A stretch of DNA of 64,000 nucleotides from Monocercomonoides exilis PA203 (taxonomy: Eukaryota > Protista > Preaxostyla): the NCBI GenBank assembly GCA_001643675.2, contig LSRY02000003.1, forward strand, positions 1,054,001 to 1,118,000, in the 5' to 3' direction. A program made the translations under genes and the position numbers. The notes beneath the pieces were generated by a model. That model was not told the origin of the DNA and did not search any database. It saw only the letters and a list, made by a program, of their open reading frames with translations. Of the stretch, positions 33,221 to 46,400 are shown piece by piece. Within the stretch, counting starts at the first letter, position 1, and each line of letters opens with the position of its first letter.

Positions 33221-34575
33221 ATGCCTCTCGGAAATATTAAAACAATTTGAAAGTTCGAGAGTCATTGAAACATTAAAAGTACTATAACTACAAGCACCTT
33301 TGGTAATGTGTTGTGTTCAAAGCTGGATAATATTCAATGGAAGATTATAGAAAGCATATTTGAGCCAAAACGAGTAACTCTATGAACAGTACAACTTCGA
33401 AAAAAAGAATTCTTTGAAGACGAATAATCAGGAAGAGGATTTTTTAAATAACAACAGGAGATGCTATTTTCAAGAACATTTGCATATTCATATTCAACTG
33501 TTTGTAATTTTTTATCTTCAGGTTAATATTTAGCATTCAAATCCATATTGAATTCATAATTCGATTAGTAATTCAAGAATTACGATGAGTCTGCCGTTTC
33601 ATAGGAAAGCATGCCGCCAACTCATAAACAGATTCAGGATCTTTCATAAAAGCAAAATGATTTTTTTCATATCAAGAAAACGGACAGTATCGGTCTTTGA
33701 TCGTTGTTAGCATTGAAATCTTGGCTCTTTTCACATTATTCACATAAGATCAATGTTTTTGTTCCATTTCACATCCTTTTGCTAAACAAGCGATGCAAAT
33801 TGAGTTAGTTTATTCAATTTTTTTTTTCTTTTTTTGAGGTGATGAAAGTTGTTGAGATGAAAAAGAAACAATGAATGAACAAATTAATCAAAATCGATGG
33901 GATGTTCAAAAGATGGGGGAAAAAAAATAGCTTTTTAAACATTACACTTTTGAACATTAGTTCGAATAAAGTGATTCTTTTGTAAATTAGTTGAAATGAT
34001 CAACAAAATTATGATTTTGAAAAGAAATATAAATATTTTTTTAAAATTATGACCAATGAAAAGATAGAAAAGTCAAAATAGACGAACTTTTGGCGTTATT
34101 TTAAACATAATTACACAAAAAACAAAGTGTTCTTTAATCATGTACAGCTTCACTTATGTTAGATCTCACTTTTCCCAAATGAACATTTACACATTTATTC
34201 TCCTTTTTTCAATCTTAAAGCATTCTTGCCTGCATAAAATGGTTAATTATAATACGTTTTCCTTGTAAATACATCACACATAAATAAGGGCAAAATTCTT
34301 GTTTCTCAAGCTCGATTATTTCTTGGCTGAGATACTTTTCGTTGTCATTCCATTTGCATCTTCATTTTTTCAGGCTTCAAATGTTTCAACCGACTGATAA
34401 TTTTGCTTCATTGCTGATCGCTTTGCCATCTCAATTGTTTTCCTTTCATATCACACACTTTTCAGAAGCAAATCCAATTTCACTTTATCACTCAGATTAA
34501 AATCACTTTGCATTTCCCCCTTTGAAAAAAAAGTCTTCTTTTTATTTTTTTCTGAAGTCTGAAATTAACCAATAT

Positions 34576-37500
34576 TCACAATCCATCCAATACTTCCTTA
34601 AAAGTTGGGTATCCTTCTGTTCTGCGGTGCGTCAAATCCTTCCTCTCGCTCAAATACATCATTATTCTGCTGTACATCCCCTTTCCATCAATTTCTTCCT
34701 CAAACTCTCCATCTTTTCTCTTCTCTTCCATTTTTCCTCCTTTTTCTGTTTCATTCTCTTCTTCAATCATCACCTTTTCATATGACTGTGAATCAATAGC
34801 CGACTTTATGTTCAATTTTGGTATCTCTTTAATCTTCCAATCATTTGCTGTTCTGTTAGTAATTTTTCTTTCCAACTGTCTCTCAGTCATATGACTTTCG
34901 CTATTTCTTCTCTCTTTTTCTTCTTCCTTGTTCGATTTGTTCAACCAATTTGGCTGCGTTTTTTTCTCTAAACCTCTTTCTGCTGAATCGACTTCTCCCT
35001 TTCTTCCTTCACCCATTTTACTCTTTTCATCATCAAATCTTTTGTTTTCTATTTCTTCTTTAATATCTTTGTGTGCTTCTTCTTCCTCTTCCACTTCCTC
35101 ATATTCATCCATCATCTCCATTTCCCCAACCCATTCTTCATTTTCTGCAGCCAAAAACTTCTTCTTCCTCACAATCCATTCATTTGTGCGCCTTTCAGAA
35201 AGCGTCTGTTGCATATACGGCTTCTCATCCAGCACCCTCTTCAGTATCCTTTTCTCTTCCTCCTTCGCATCCTCCTTCTGCAGCGTCTGCGTATAATGCG
35301 CTCTCCGTTCTTCCATCGAGCCCAAACGAGCCATCTCCATCACATCCACCTCGTCCAGCCGCTCGTCGTCCCACCACTCCATCACCTCCATCTCAGCCGC
35401 CGACCGCACCGCACTCTCCCCTCCTTTCTTGTCTGTCCCCAACGTCTGCTCTTCCGAAACACTGCGGAAATACGACGACAAAACGGGGCTTTTCGTCTGG
35501 CACAGGCGAAGCAGCTGTGGCGTCTTCGACTCTGTCTTCATCACTTTCTCGCGGCTCCTCCCAGTCATCACCTCCACCCGCTCCATGTCCACTTTTCCAT
35601 CTCCACTCACAATTGGCCGTTGTCCTGCGCTTCGCTGAAGCTGCTCTTTCTGTTTGCTCCTGTCAGATGCTCCTGAAGTGAATGTTTTTCTCAATCCAGT
35701 CATTTGCTTCGTGCTCCTGAATGTTTCAACAGGAGAATGAGAAGGAGTTGAGCGTATTGATGTTGGTGTTCTTTTGGTTTGTTCTTTTTGGACAGTTGCC
35801 AATGGAGAAGAAACAGAAGGTGACGAACGAGAAGACGAAGATGTTTGCAACGAAGAAGATTGAATGCGATTAAAACTTGCTTTAGAAGTGTCTTTTCTGG
35901 AGCTAACAGAACCAATCTTTCCAGATGATCGGAGAGAGGCTGGAGATTTCTCTTTGTTGGGGATTCCAAATGAAGACTGTCCTTTCGCCTTCAAATTTGT
36001 TGGCACAGGACTATTCCTATCAGATAAATGGCTTTCTTTTGCTTGTCTTTCAGAAATGGCACCTGCTCTGTTCATCTGACGTTTCTGAACAGGAGATGAC
36101 AAATCCCAATGAAGTGTCTTTGGTGCTTCGTTTGTGGAAGCCATAGAAGTTGCTGCTCCTTTTTCAACTCGATTGAAAGATGAAGTCTCAGTACTTTTTG
36201 ACCCTTTTGCCTGCAAATCGTCTTCTTCATTATTCAATTCCGCATCACTTTTCATTTGTTGCACATAAATCGAAGCTCCACTTGCTCCATCTGCTGTATC
36301 ACTTTCAATGATTGTCTGCTTTTTAACAGCAGCTATGTGATCCGCAGAGCGAGTCGCTCCTTGTTTGGCATATCTCTTTGCCAGTTCTGCCTCTCTTCTG
36401 AGCATCCGCTCGTGCTCATTTTTCTCCGTCTCGCTCTGAAACACAACTTCTCTCCGGCTGAACATCGGGCTGGCAAACAGATTCCGCATCTCTTCCTCAA
36501 TTTGTGTGCGATGCGTGTCGCTAAACACCAAACGACAGAACACAACGCAGTATAATTGCAAATCCTGCCATTAATTTAAATAAAAATAAAAAATAAAAAA
36601 TAAAATAAATGAGAGAATCAAAAATTCAGCAAGAAACAAATCAAATTCAAAAAATTTATTTGTTTCCATTCAAAAAGGAACATTTGAATGAGAAATATGC
36701 AAAATTGTAATTGTTATGTTCATATTATAAATACGATTTATATAATAAGAGAAGGAGCACACTCGATAGAATTCATTCAGAAGCGAAGTTGGAGTCCGAT
36801 TCTTTGTCCCATTTCCAAAGCAGGCATTTGCGACAACACTGAAATACGCTTGGCATATCATTCCAAACCCCAACTCCAGTTCTTTCTGGAGCTTATCGTC
36901 CAATTCTGGATCTATTGATTCAAATAAAGTTGTTGGAGTCGTTCTGGAACAGCGATGCACATGAAGGATTTAATAAAAACAAACAGATACATAATGAAAT
37001 CAAGATCCATATTTTATAATATTAAAGAACACACAAATCTTCGTCCAGCCGCAACATTGCCCGTTGCGTTTGCCTAAATAGCCACTTTTTCAAAAAAAAT
37101 GCCTTAAAGTATACAATTACTTGAAAAAAGAGTTGTTTTAAACAATAAATTGTGATTTAACCCAATTATTTTGCAAAAAAAAGATAAAGGTCCAATGATG
37201 AAAAAGATAAAAACTAAAAAATTTCAACAATTCACACACAAGACAACAGTAATCTATTTAGCAATATCTCCCTTTCTTTCCATCGAATGGCCATCTTGAA
37301 CAATGATCCGCCTGCTCTGCCTTTTTCTACCTCAAATTGCTTAAGTGCCTCTTGTTTCATTCCAAGAAGACTTGTATCTCTCACCTCTGGATTTTCAAAT
37401 TTGACAGAATGCACTAGAATACCACACAAAGAATCATTCGTTTGAAAACGAGGTTTAAAAAAACATAAAAAATTAAAATGAGCAAAAATAAAAGTTAAGA

Positions 37501-37684
37501 GACAGATAGCTAAAAATCAAACAATTTAAAAACCTTTAAGCTCTATGTCTGGTGATGTTGAAAACAACGTCCCTGTGTTGGCTGATTGCTGTTCTTTTAT
37601 TCTTCTTCTTGGTGTTGTACATAACAACGATGTTGCAGGAAGAGATAATCGTGAAATTGTGCCACGAAACTTCCTTGTTGTCAT
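34576..37684 (-). CDS. Hypothetical multi-exon protein with Ser-rich and charged C-terminal half
   Basis: Exons near 37684-37534, 37413-37245, 37075-37034, 36947-36762 and 36564-~34590 are bounded by GT/AG; the terminal ORF is 661 aa. No recognisable domain; the 3' end is uncertain (possible further exon near 34440). Confidence 0.6.
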
Positions 37685-38139
37685 TCAACCTCAAATAAAA
37701 CTTTTATTTGAATATATCGAATAAGAACAAGAAAAAATCTATGATCTAGATATAATTTTTTATTTTTTCACATTAAGCTTGAAAAGGCTAAACAAAAGAT
37801 ATAACAGAATAAAATGTGTTTTTCACAAATACTCCTGTTTCTAAAATTAAACTTTTTTGATATATTTCTTTTAATACAAAAAAACTTTAAAAAAAAAGAA
37901 GATTTCGACTGATGACTGTTCTTTGTGAAATTTTGCGGGCTTCATGAATCAATAGATATTTGAACTTCTGTCTTTTCTTTTAGATTTTTTATGCTCATTT
38001 TTTAAATAATATATTCGAATCAAATAAGTTCAATTATTTACAAAACCATTCATTAAAAAAATATCCTTTATTTTCATTCTTTTATTGTTCCAAGAACATA
38101 TATAAGAATATGCAAAATGGAATGGAAATAAAATTTGCT

Positions 38140-39579
38140 TCAAACATTCAAAAAATAATGTGAAATATCTAATGGCAAACGAGGATAATAACTCTTGTGA
38201 AGAATAGGAAGTATTTCACAAAATCCCGTGATAGAATCTTCATATCCTTCTTCTTCTATCTTTTCGAATATCTTCTTTTTTGCTGCCTTTCTTTGTTTTT
38301 CGTCGAATTCACAACTTTCATTTTCTTTCAGTCTTTCTGAAATTTTCATAAAGAAAACTAAACAATCCCACATAATTTTGTTCTCCAATGTTAATTGCAA
38401 AACTTCCTCAAAAATCAGATCAACAACTCCTTCCTTCAGCAAATAATCAACACTGACACATTTGAATTCCGCCATTGTCTTTAAAAGAGAAAGACACTTT
38501 TCAAATACTTCTCGTTCGTTCTCTCTCGATGCCTTGCATAACCATACAAGACAACGAATCAGTCCATCATATTTGTCAATCCACAGTTTGCTCCAACCAA
38601 AAACCACTTCAAATGTACATGCCCATCTCCATATGATCTTCACCCCTTTCATTCTATCCGCTTCATTTCCTCTTTTCCTCCAATCAATACACTTTGCTAT
38701 CTCTTCCATTTCGCTTGATGCTTCTCTCGCAAAATGCAGTTCATTTGCGATCACTTCACCAAATGATCCACTGGAAATTAATCTATTCGCCATAAACTGC
38801 CAAGCACACTGATAGGCGAGTCGTGAAAGATTCCGAAGCTCCTGATGATATTGGATAATCTCTTTGATCTCATTCAAATAATGTTCTTTTTCTATTTTCT
38901 AATCAAAAAAGAAGAAGAAAATCAATAATGTCAAAAATGATACAGATATGTTCATACTACTAATCGACTAATGCTACTCAAAGCTAGCAAAGCCATTTCC
39001 ACTTCCTTTTGAATTTCCTCATTTTCATCTTTCTTCAATGCAACTTTTAGAAGGTGAGCCACACATTCAGCAAGTGTTTCTTTCGCAAGGCAGCCTTCCG
39101 TCAACAAAAGACAGCATTCACAAAGATCTATAAGCAGCTTTTCGTTTTTTCCTTGTTTTTTGTTTTCCTCTTCAACATATAGCAATTCGAATCTTTTGCT
39201 TAATTGAGATCTTTGCAAAGCTAACTTGAATTTGCTTTTCAATTCTCTGCAAAATCCATAATGCTTCAATAGCACTGCAATATCGTCGGGCGAAACTTTC
39301 TTTTTTTCAAGCAAACCGAGAATAGAACTGAACATATCTCTTGTGAAAACTGTATCAAATTCTTCATCATCCATTTTCACAAGAATTTCATTCATCTCTT
39401 CAATTTTCTTCCTTTTCTTATCTGCTGAACAAATGTCCATTTCGAAAAACAATTCTATATTACATATTAAAAGTTTAATGTCTAAAAACAACAGATAAAA
39501 TGATTAAACTGAAAAACTCCTCCCTCAGAGACATTTTACGAATTCCAATACAAGATGAACCAGTAATACATGCTTCCAT
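38140..39579 (-). CDS. Member of a lineage-expanded all-helical hypothetical protein family; 3 exons (39579-39510, 39454-~38958, 38898-38140)
   Basis: MEACITG..REEFF|KLFFEMDICS.. and ..SRLV|KIEKEHYLNEIKEIIQYHQE.. splice in frame through GT-AG introns; a paralogous pseudogene lies at 3570-4940. Confidence 0.8.
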
Positions 39580-39939
39580 ACAGATTTTTGTGAAATATGG
39601 AAAAAGTTTTCTTGTTAAATCTTGCAATTTACAAAATGATGTAAAAGTACAAACATTTTGATTTATCTGCAAAATGAAAGTGTCTTATTGTAAAAATAAA
39701 TAATTTTGCAGTATGAATGTAGACGAAAAAAGAAAATTCAATTAAACAAGTTATCTAAATTGTTTTCATGTACAAGAACAAACATCAATTTCTGTTTGAT
39801 CAAACCCACATTCGTTAAAAACGAATAAGTTTAATTATTAAAAAATGTTTTTTCTTTTCTGATAGTTGTTTCTTCGGTATCCAATTTATATTTTGTTCTG
39901 TCATTGAAAAGAAAATTAAACAAACAACAAATCAATGCT

Positions 39940-39940
<1 letters not shown>

Positions 39941-39972
<32 letters not shown>
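39941..39972. repeat. A32 homopolymer flanked by a short inverted repeat
   Basis: CAATGCTC-(A)32-GAGCAATTG. Confidence 0.8.
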
Positions 39973-39976
<4 letters not shown>

Positions 39977-40479
39977 AATTGTTATTTTAGAAGTTTAAGT
40001 TTTCTCTTATGGAAAACATTTTCTATTTCATTAATAATAAAGAACAACAATTTTTCTCATCGAAAAGCGCCATTGTTGTATTTTTTCTGTACAAATAATC
40101 TTTCTTATCTCAGTTTCTATGATTATCAAATATCAATCTCTTGTTTTTGAATAATAAACACAAAAAACGAAAATCCATCATTGGATGAAAAAAGTCGTTG
40201 CTGAAGCACATAGAATCAAGCAACAAAAATTATGACGCATTTACTCCTTCACGAAAACATTTTTAATGAAAGCAAATGTTTTGAAAAAAAAAGAAGAAAC
40301 AAAATATTTAATAAAAATAAGATTAAAATATATAAAATGAATGTATATTTTGTCCGAATTTTTGATTTGAATTTCCGCATCGGAAGAAATCCGAAAAGTT
40401 TTGTTTAATTTCTTTTCCCATTAAATGCTTCAAAAGATCGTCACATTAAAAAACCTGTATTTTGCCAAACAAGCGATAA

Positions 40480-43400
40480 ATGAGAATTGCATATTTATTG
40501 CTGGCTATACTACTATTTTTAAAGTGCGATAGCAAAGGGTATGCAGAGTTTAGTTGCAATTATGTTGGAGTATGCCCAAATAACAACGATTGTGTTATCA
40601 AAGAAGGTTCCGAAGGGCTGGGAAGCGATATTTTTCTACGGGCACGAAAAAAGTGTGTCAAGAGTGATATTCCTATTTTTTGAGTTAAATTATCACATTT
40701 CATTTCATAATTGAAAATTATAGAAAACTTGCAGCCGAGGAGCCTTGGACAGACAGTTGTGTGCCTTATTGCGTCAGTAGCTCCAACAAAATATATACAG
40801 CTATAATTGAAGCGAATACAAGCCTGGAATTGCGAAGCCTGAATTTGGAGCCGATTTTTGAGAAACGCATTTGCGAAGTTGTTGATTCATCGTCTTTGGC
40901 TGTTTGGTCGTGCCTGGTCGTCTCTTCTCGCACAGGGTTTGGCATTTCATCTCCGATCCTTTCGGCAGCAGGAGGCAACCGGGTTATGCTTTGCAACGCC
41001 AGTGTGCTTCCATCATTGGCGAATGGGCTTGTGAGTTCGCTTGTCGAGGCGTACCAACCTCCATTTCATTCTGTGTCCGAAACAACCATTTCTGTTGTGT
41101 TTTGTGCGTTTTCTTCGTTGAGTGTTGCTTCTTGTCCGTTTGTGGGGTGTGCTGGCAGCAGCTTCATTTTCTTGGAACATTCTTTGTTCGCAAACATTTC
41201 ATCGCCTCATCCATTTCAACCAACCCAATCAGCTCCCCTGCAAGCAGGCTCCACATTTATTGGCTGCTGTTCGTTTTCATCTGTTTGGGATGTGTATGAT
41301 AGGGGGATTGTTCCATCTCTCAACAACCCTTCGTCTTCGTTATCTGCCTCAAACACCTCATTTGTCAGATGCTATCGCTCTCGGAATGTTGCAATCAGCG
41401 GGAGTGAAGGAAATCCTTCGAAAGCAGGGAGACAGAATCAGACAGACAATGGGGCAAATTCGTTCACATGGTGTGAGTGGAACGGATCGAGAACAATTGG
41501 AAACATGAATGATTATACTGATGGAACATCAAATGGAGGGGCAATTTACATATGTAACAAGGTATCTGGAACACTTTCGGTGAAATTTTGTTTATTCAAT
41601 GATTGCCATGCGTATTGTGCTGGGGGAGGAATCATGTGTCGTACAATCAGTTCAATTAAGATTGAGAACAACTCATTCAATGCTTGCACAACACAAAATT
41701 ATTATGGAGGAGGGATGTATGCTTTTTCAATTTCGATATGCGTCAGAATCAGTGGGTGTGAATTTCAGAGATGCACAGCAAATGGTTTTGGAGGAGGACT
41801 TTATCTTGATGCAATTTGTGTTTCTGGATCTGGATGTGTTGGAACAGAAAATGGGAAAGGGGAGAGCGCTTGCGTGTTTGAGTGTTTCTTCACTTCATGC
41901 TCCATAACAAATTCGAATGGCGGAGGGATGTGTTGTCACACTGTTCCTGCGGTATTCAAAATGAGGAGTGTCCAATTTATTTCATGCTTGGCAGTATCAA
42001 ATGGTGGAGGATTGGATTTTCATACAGTTCAGTCAACACCTCCAAGCAACAGCATTTATTGCTATTTCCTCTTCTTCCACGATTGCAGTTGCAAGGCTTC
42101 CACTCCATATGGCCACGATGTGTATTTTCAAGACAATAAAAATCTCTTCTCATCTCACAATCCTTTTTATGAATCATATACAACGAATAGCGATGAAAAG
42201 CGAGTATGCTACATTTATTATTCAAGCAGTTGGGCGTATCAGCACACAGAAAAGAAATGGTGGCTGAAGGAAGGAATGAAGGATCGGTATGTTGGGGTGA
42301 GTGGAAGTAACGCAAACAATTTGTGTGGGATGAGCGTGGCAACGCCTTGCCTCACGGTAGGGTATGCGGTGGAGTCGAGCATGAAGCAGCTGAGCTCGAC
42401 AATCACAGTGCTGGGTGGGAGGCATATGAGCGAAGGGGCGACGATCAATGTTGGGGAAAAGAAGATTTCAGTTGTTGGGAAAGGGAAGACAGTGAGTGTG
42501 ATTGGGATAAGTGCGCTTTCGACCTCTTCGACAACGCTGTTCAGCATATCTACTGGTCAACTGGAGGTGGGGCATGTGGGGATCGATCACAACTCGATGA
42601 GAAGCCCATCACCGAGTGTGTTTGTGGTGTCTGTGGGGAGTGGGACTCTTTTGCTGGAGGATGTGGCGATCAGTTCTTCCACATCAGGAGGGAGTGGAAT
42701 CTCGTCATCTGTGTTTGAAGTGGCACTGAGGCAGTTAAAGACGATTGATGTGGAGATAAAAAATATGAAAATGAGTCAATCACTATTTGCCGAACCATCA
42801 TCAGCAGGATCGTCATCAGGAGAGAGTGTTTTGGCGAATGCGACAATTCTGAATGTGAATCTGACTGAAGGAGATGGGGTGGTTGTGGCAAAGAATGTGA
42901 ATGGAGAGGAGACATTTGTGGTGAGCAACACAACAATTGAGGATTGTGTATGTGAGAATGGGAATGGTGGAGGAATACATATTTGTTTGCAAGGAAATGG
43001 GAATATGGTTATGAATGGAACAAGTTTGATTGATGGATGTGTTGCAATGGGTATTGAAGGAAATGGAGGGAAAGGAGGAGGAATATATGTGGGGATGGAG
43101 AATGAGGGATGTGGATTGACAATTGGAGAGAATGTTGAGTTTTCGAAAGTGAATGGGAATGTGGCATTATATGGGAAGGATGTGTTTGTTGATTGTGGGA
43201 GCGGAGTGTTTTTGGAGTCAAAAGTGAATACAAGCTCATTTGCCTTTTTTGACGCAAGAACCATTCCATCAGATGTGTTGAAATTGAGTGGGAGTGAAAA
43301 TGGGGATGAAAGTGAAGTGATTCCACTGTTTGTGTTTTTGTGCTCAATGGGAACGAAGGTGCTTGTTGATGGGAGTGGAAGAAATGGGATGGATCACAAC

Positions 43401-46400
43401 CATTGTGGATATGAAGGTTTTGGCTGTTTGACAGTTGATTATTGCGCGAACTCAAGAATGAGTGAAAGTTCAAAAGAAATTGAGATTGTCTCTTCTTCTT
43501 CAATTGCCAAGGAAATAACAGGACCGTCATTTGGTGTGTTAATTTCAGGCAGAATAGTGTCATCCGATGGAGAGAGGATGGGAGTGAATGTGAGTGATGG
43601 AGGATCAGCCACACAAGAATGGCTTGCTGGATGTTCAAGTTCACTGACAATAAGGAGACTTTCATTTGTTGTGAAAGGTCAGTTGAATTCAAGGAGAAGT
43701 GCATTCATCCATTCAACATCAACACTCAAAATTACAAACTGTTCAATCTCAATTGAGAGTGGGGCATTGACTGATGGAAAGATAGGATATTATGTGATAA
43801 ACATTGAGGGAGGAGAACTGATTATTGATGGATTTGTGATGGAAAGTGGAGTGACAATGAATGGGAAATCGCCAATATCAATGACAAGTGGAGTGGAAAT
43901 GGAGATTTTGAACATCAGAATGAGTGGAGTGGAGGTGGAAGGTGGGAATGGAGGAGGGGGATGTTTGAATGTTGGGATGAATGAAGGAGGGAATGTGAAA
44001 ATTGAAGAAAGCAATTTTTCATCAAGATGCTCAGGTGGAAGTGGAATGAAAGGAGGAGGGATGATGATATCAATTGGAAGTGAAGGAAGTTTGGAGATGA
44101 ATAATGTGAAATTATCAGAATGTGAAGCGCCAACAGAGGATAGAGAGGATGGAGGAAGAGGAATGGGAGGAGGGATGTTTGTTGAACTTCCCAATCAAAT
44201 TGGATCATTTGTGCTTGAAGAAATGAAATTTGAAGAATGCGAAGCTTGGAAAGGGAAGAATGTGTTTGTCTCTGGATGGGATCTGAGTGAGATTGTGAAT
44301 AAAGGGAACTTCAAATGGGAGATGAGTTCAGAGGAGTTGAGATTGTTGGATGAGCTGTGTGGATGGGAGAGAAAGACGACAGGAGAGGAGGGATATGTGA
44401 TTCCACTGGTTGTATATTTGTGGGACAATTGGAGCAGGAATGGATTTGTTTCGAAAGAGAAAGGAGGAGACTTCAGTGGGTGTGGATATTCAGAAGCACC
44501 ATGTTCATCGATTGACCACTTGATATCACTGAGATATGAACCACTTGGAGAAGGGGAATCACACATCAACGTTGTGGGATCAGGTTCTGTTCAAAAAGCA
44601 ATATCATTTTTGTTATCATCATCTTCAAACACTACAGTTGTGTCAATTGAGGGAGAGAAAGAAGGAACAGATCTGAAAGTGAGTGAGGGGGGAAGAAATG
44701 AAGGCGAAGGAGGAGGAGGAGGAGGAATGATAACATTGAATGTTTGTCTTTCATTCACCAATATTTCATTTTCTTTGCCAAATGAATTGGGAGGATATTC
44801 ATCACTCATTCACTCAACTTCATCCTCAGCAGCATCACTTTCAATCATGAGATGCTCATTTGTTTGTGAGGATGCAACAAAGGAAACAAAATATTGTTTA
44901 ATGAAAGCAGATGGAGGGAGTGTGACGATTGAGGATGTCACTCTTTCTGAGTTCAGTCTGACAAAAGGGTTTGTTGTATTCACAACAGATGTGAAAAGTG
45001 TTGATGTGATGAATATGACGATATCGAACACAACAATATCAGGAAACAGTTTGATTTCGCTGAGTCAGCCATCCACTTCAAACATGTTGATCAAGAAAGC
45101 AAAAGAAAACACAGAGCAAAGGGTGAGAGTGAACGACTCCTCGTTCACAAACATCACATGTTCAGAGAGCAGAGCATGTGTGATGAGTGTGGGATCATTT
45201 TCATCTGGGATGGAATGTGAGATCGAAGGGTGCGTGCTGACGAAGTGCATGAGTGAGAGAAGCTTGGAAGGAGGAGGGATGAAGATGCTGATGAAGAGAG
45301 GAGAGTCGGAGGTGAAAGTGAGTGGGTGTTCGTTTGGGATGTGTGTGTGTTCAACAGGGAATGGAAGTGGAGGAGGGATGATGATTGATGCACTTGACCC
45401 GAATGTGGAATGCTCCAACAAGGAAATACCACCACTTGGGCTGAGATTGGAGAACATCCGATTCATGATGAATGATGCGTTTGTGGGGAAGGATGTGTTC
45501 ATCCGATGTGAATCGATTGCCTCGCAGATCAATGAAAGACTGTTTTTGCTGGACTTCAGTCAGGAATCTTTGAAGTTGAACAACTCGATGTGTGGGAGTG
45601 ACGGAGAAGGGACTATTGATGTTGATCTGATTCCGCTGATCACATTCTATTATTCTTCACAGGTGTTTGTCTCAGTGAAAGGGAGCGACAGCGCGCAATG
45701 TGGAAGACAGGATGCGCCATGTGAGAGCATCAGCAATGGAGTGCAACACATTCAACGAAGTGTTGTGAATATGATTCTTATTGATGGAGAAGGGAAGATA
45801 GGAGGAGAATGTGTGATTGGGGATGTGAGGATGGAGCCTGTGAAGAAAGCAAAGGGGAAGATCCATTTTGATGGGAAGATAGAAAAAACATCAGAGGAGG
45901 ACAGCATCATGAAGTTTGTGAATGAGAGTGCAGTGGAAAGATGCTCATTTGAGTTTGGAAGTGAGTTTGAGGCAAATCACAAGTTCATTTTGAAAGTGAA
46001 AAATGACTCAATGGAGATGCGAAGTTGCGAGTTTATTTCGTCTTCTGTTGAGCTGAAGTTGGGCAACACGATTGTGAGTGTGGAAAGTGGAGAATTGAAA
46101 ATGTGGGAAATGGAATTCAGCAGTTTGCATCTGAGAGCACCATTGATTGTGTTGTGTGAAGAGTCGAAAGTGTTGATGGGAGAAACAAACATTTGGAATG
46201 TGATGTGTGAAGGAGATGCAGCTATTGTTGTTGTTGTTGTTGGAGGGAAAGCAGAGTTTGAGATGAAAGAAATGAGGTTTGAGAATATTTCTCTGTTGAC
46301 GGATGGATGTGTGATGGTGATTGATGGAGCAGAAGAAGAAATACGAGTGACTAATTGCTCGTTTGTGAAATGGGTGAATATGAATGGGAAAGGAAGCATG

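Noticed and set aside
33300-34450. Possible snoRNA or extra gene between FAD1 and the hypothetical gene
   Set aside because: No convincing C/D or H/ACA box pair with terminal stem, and no supported ORF.
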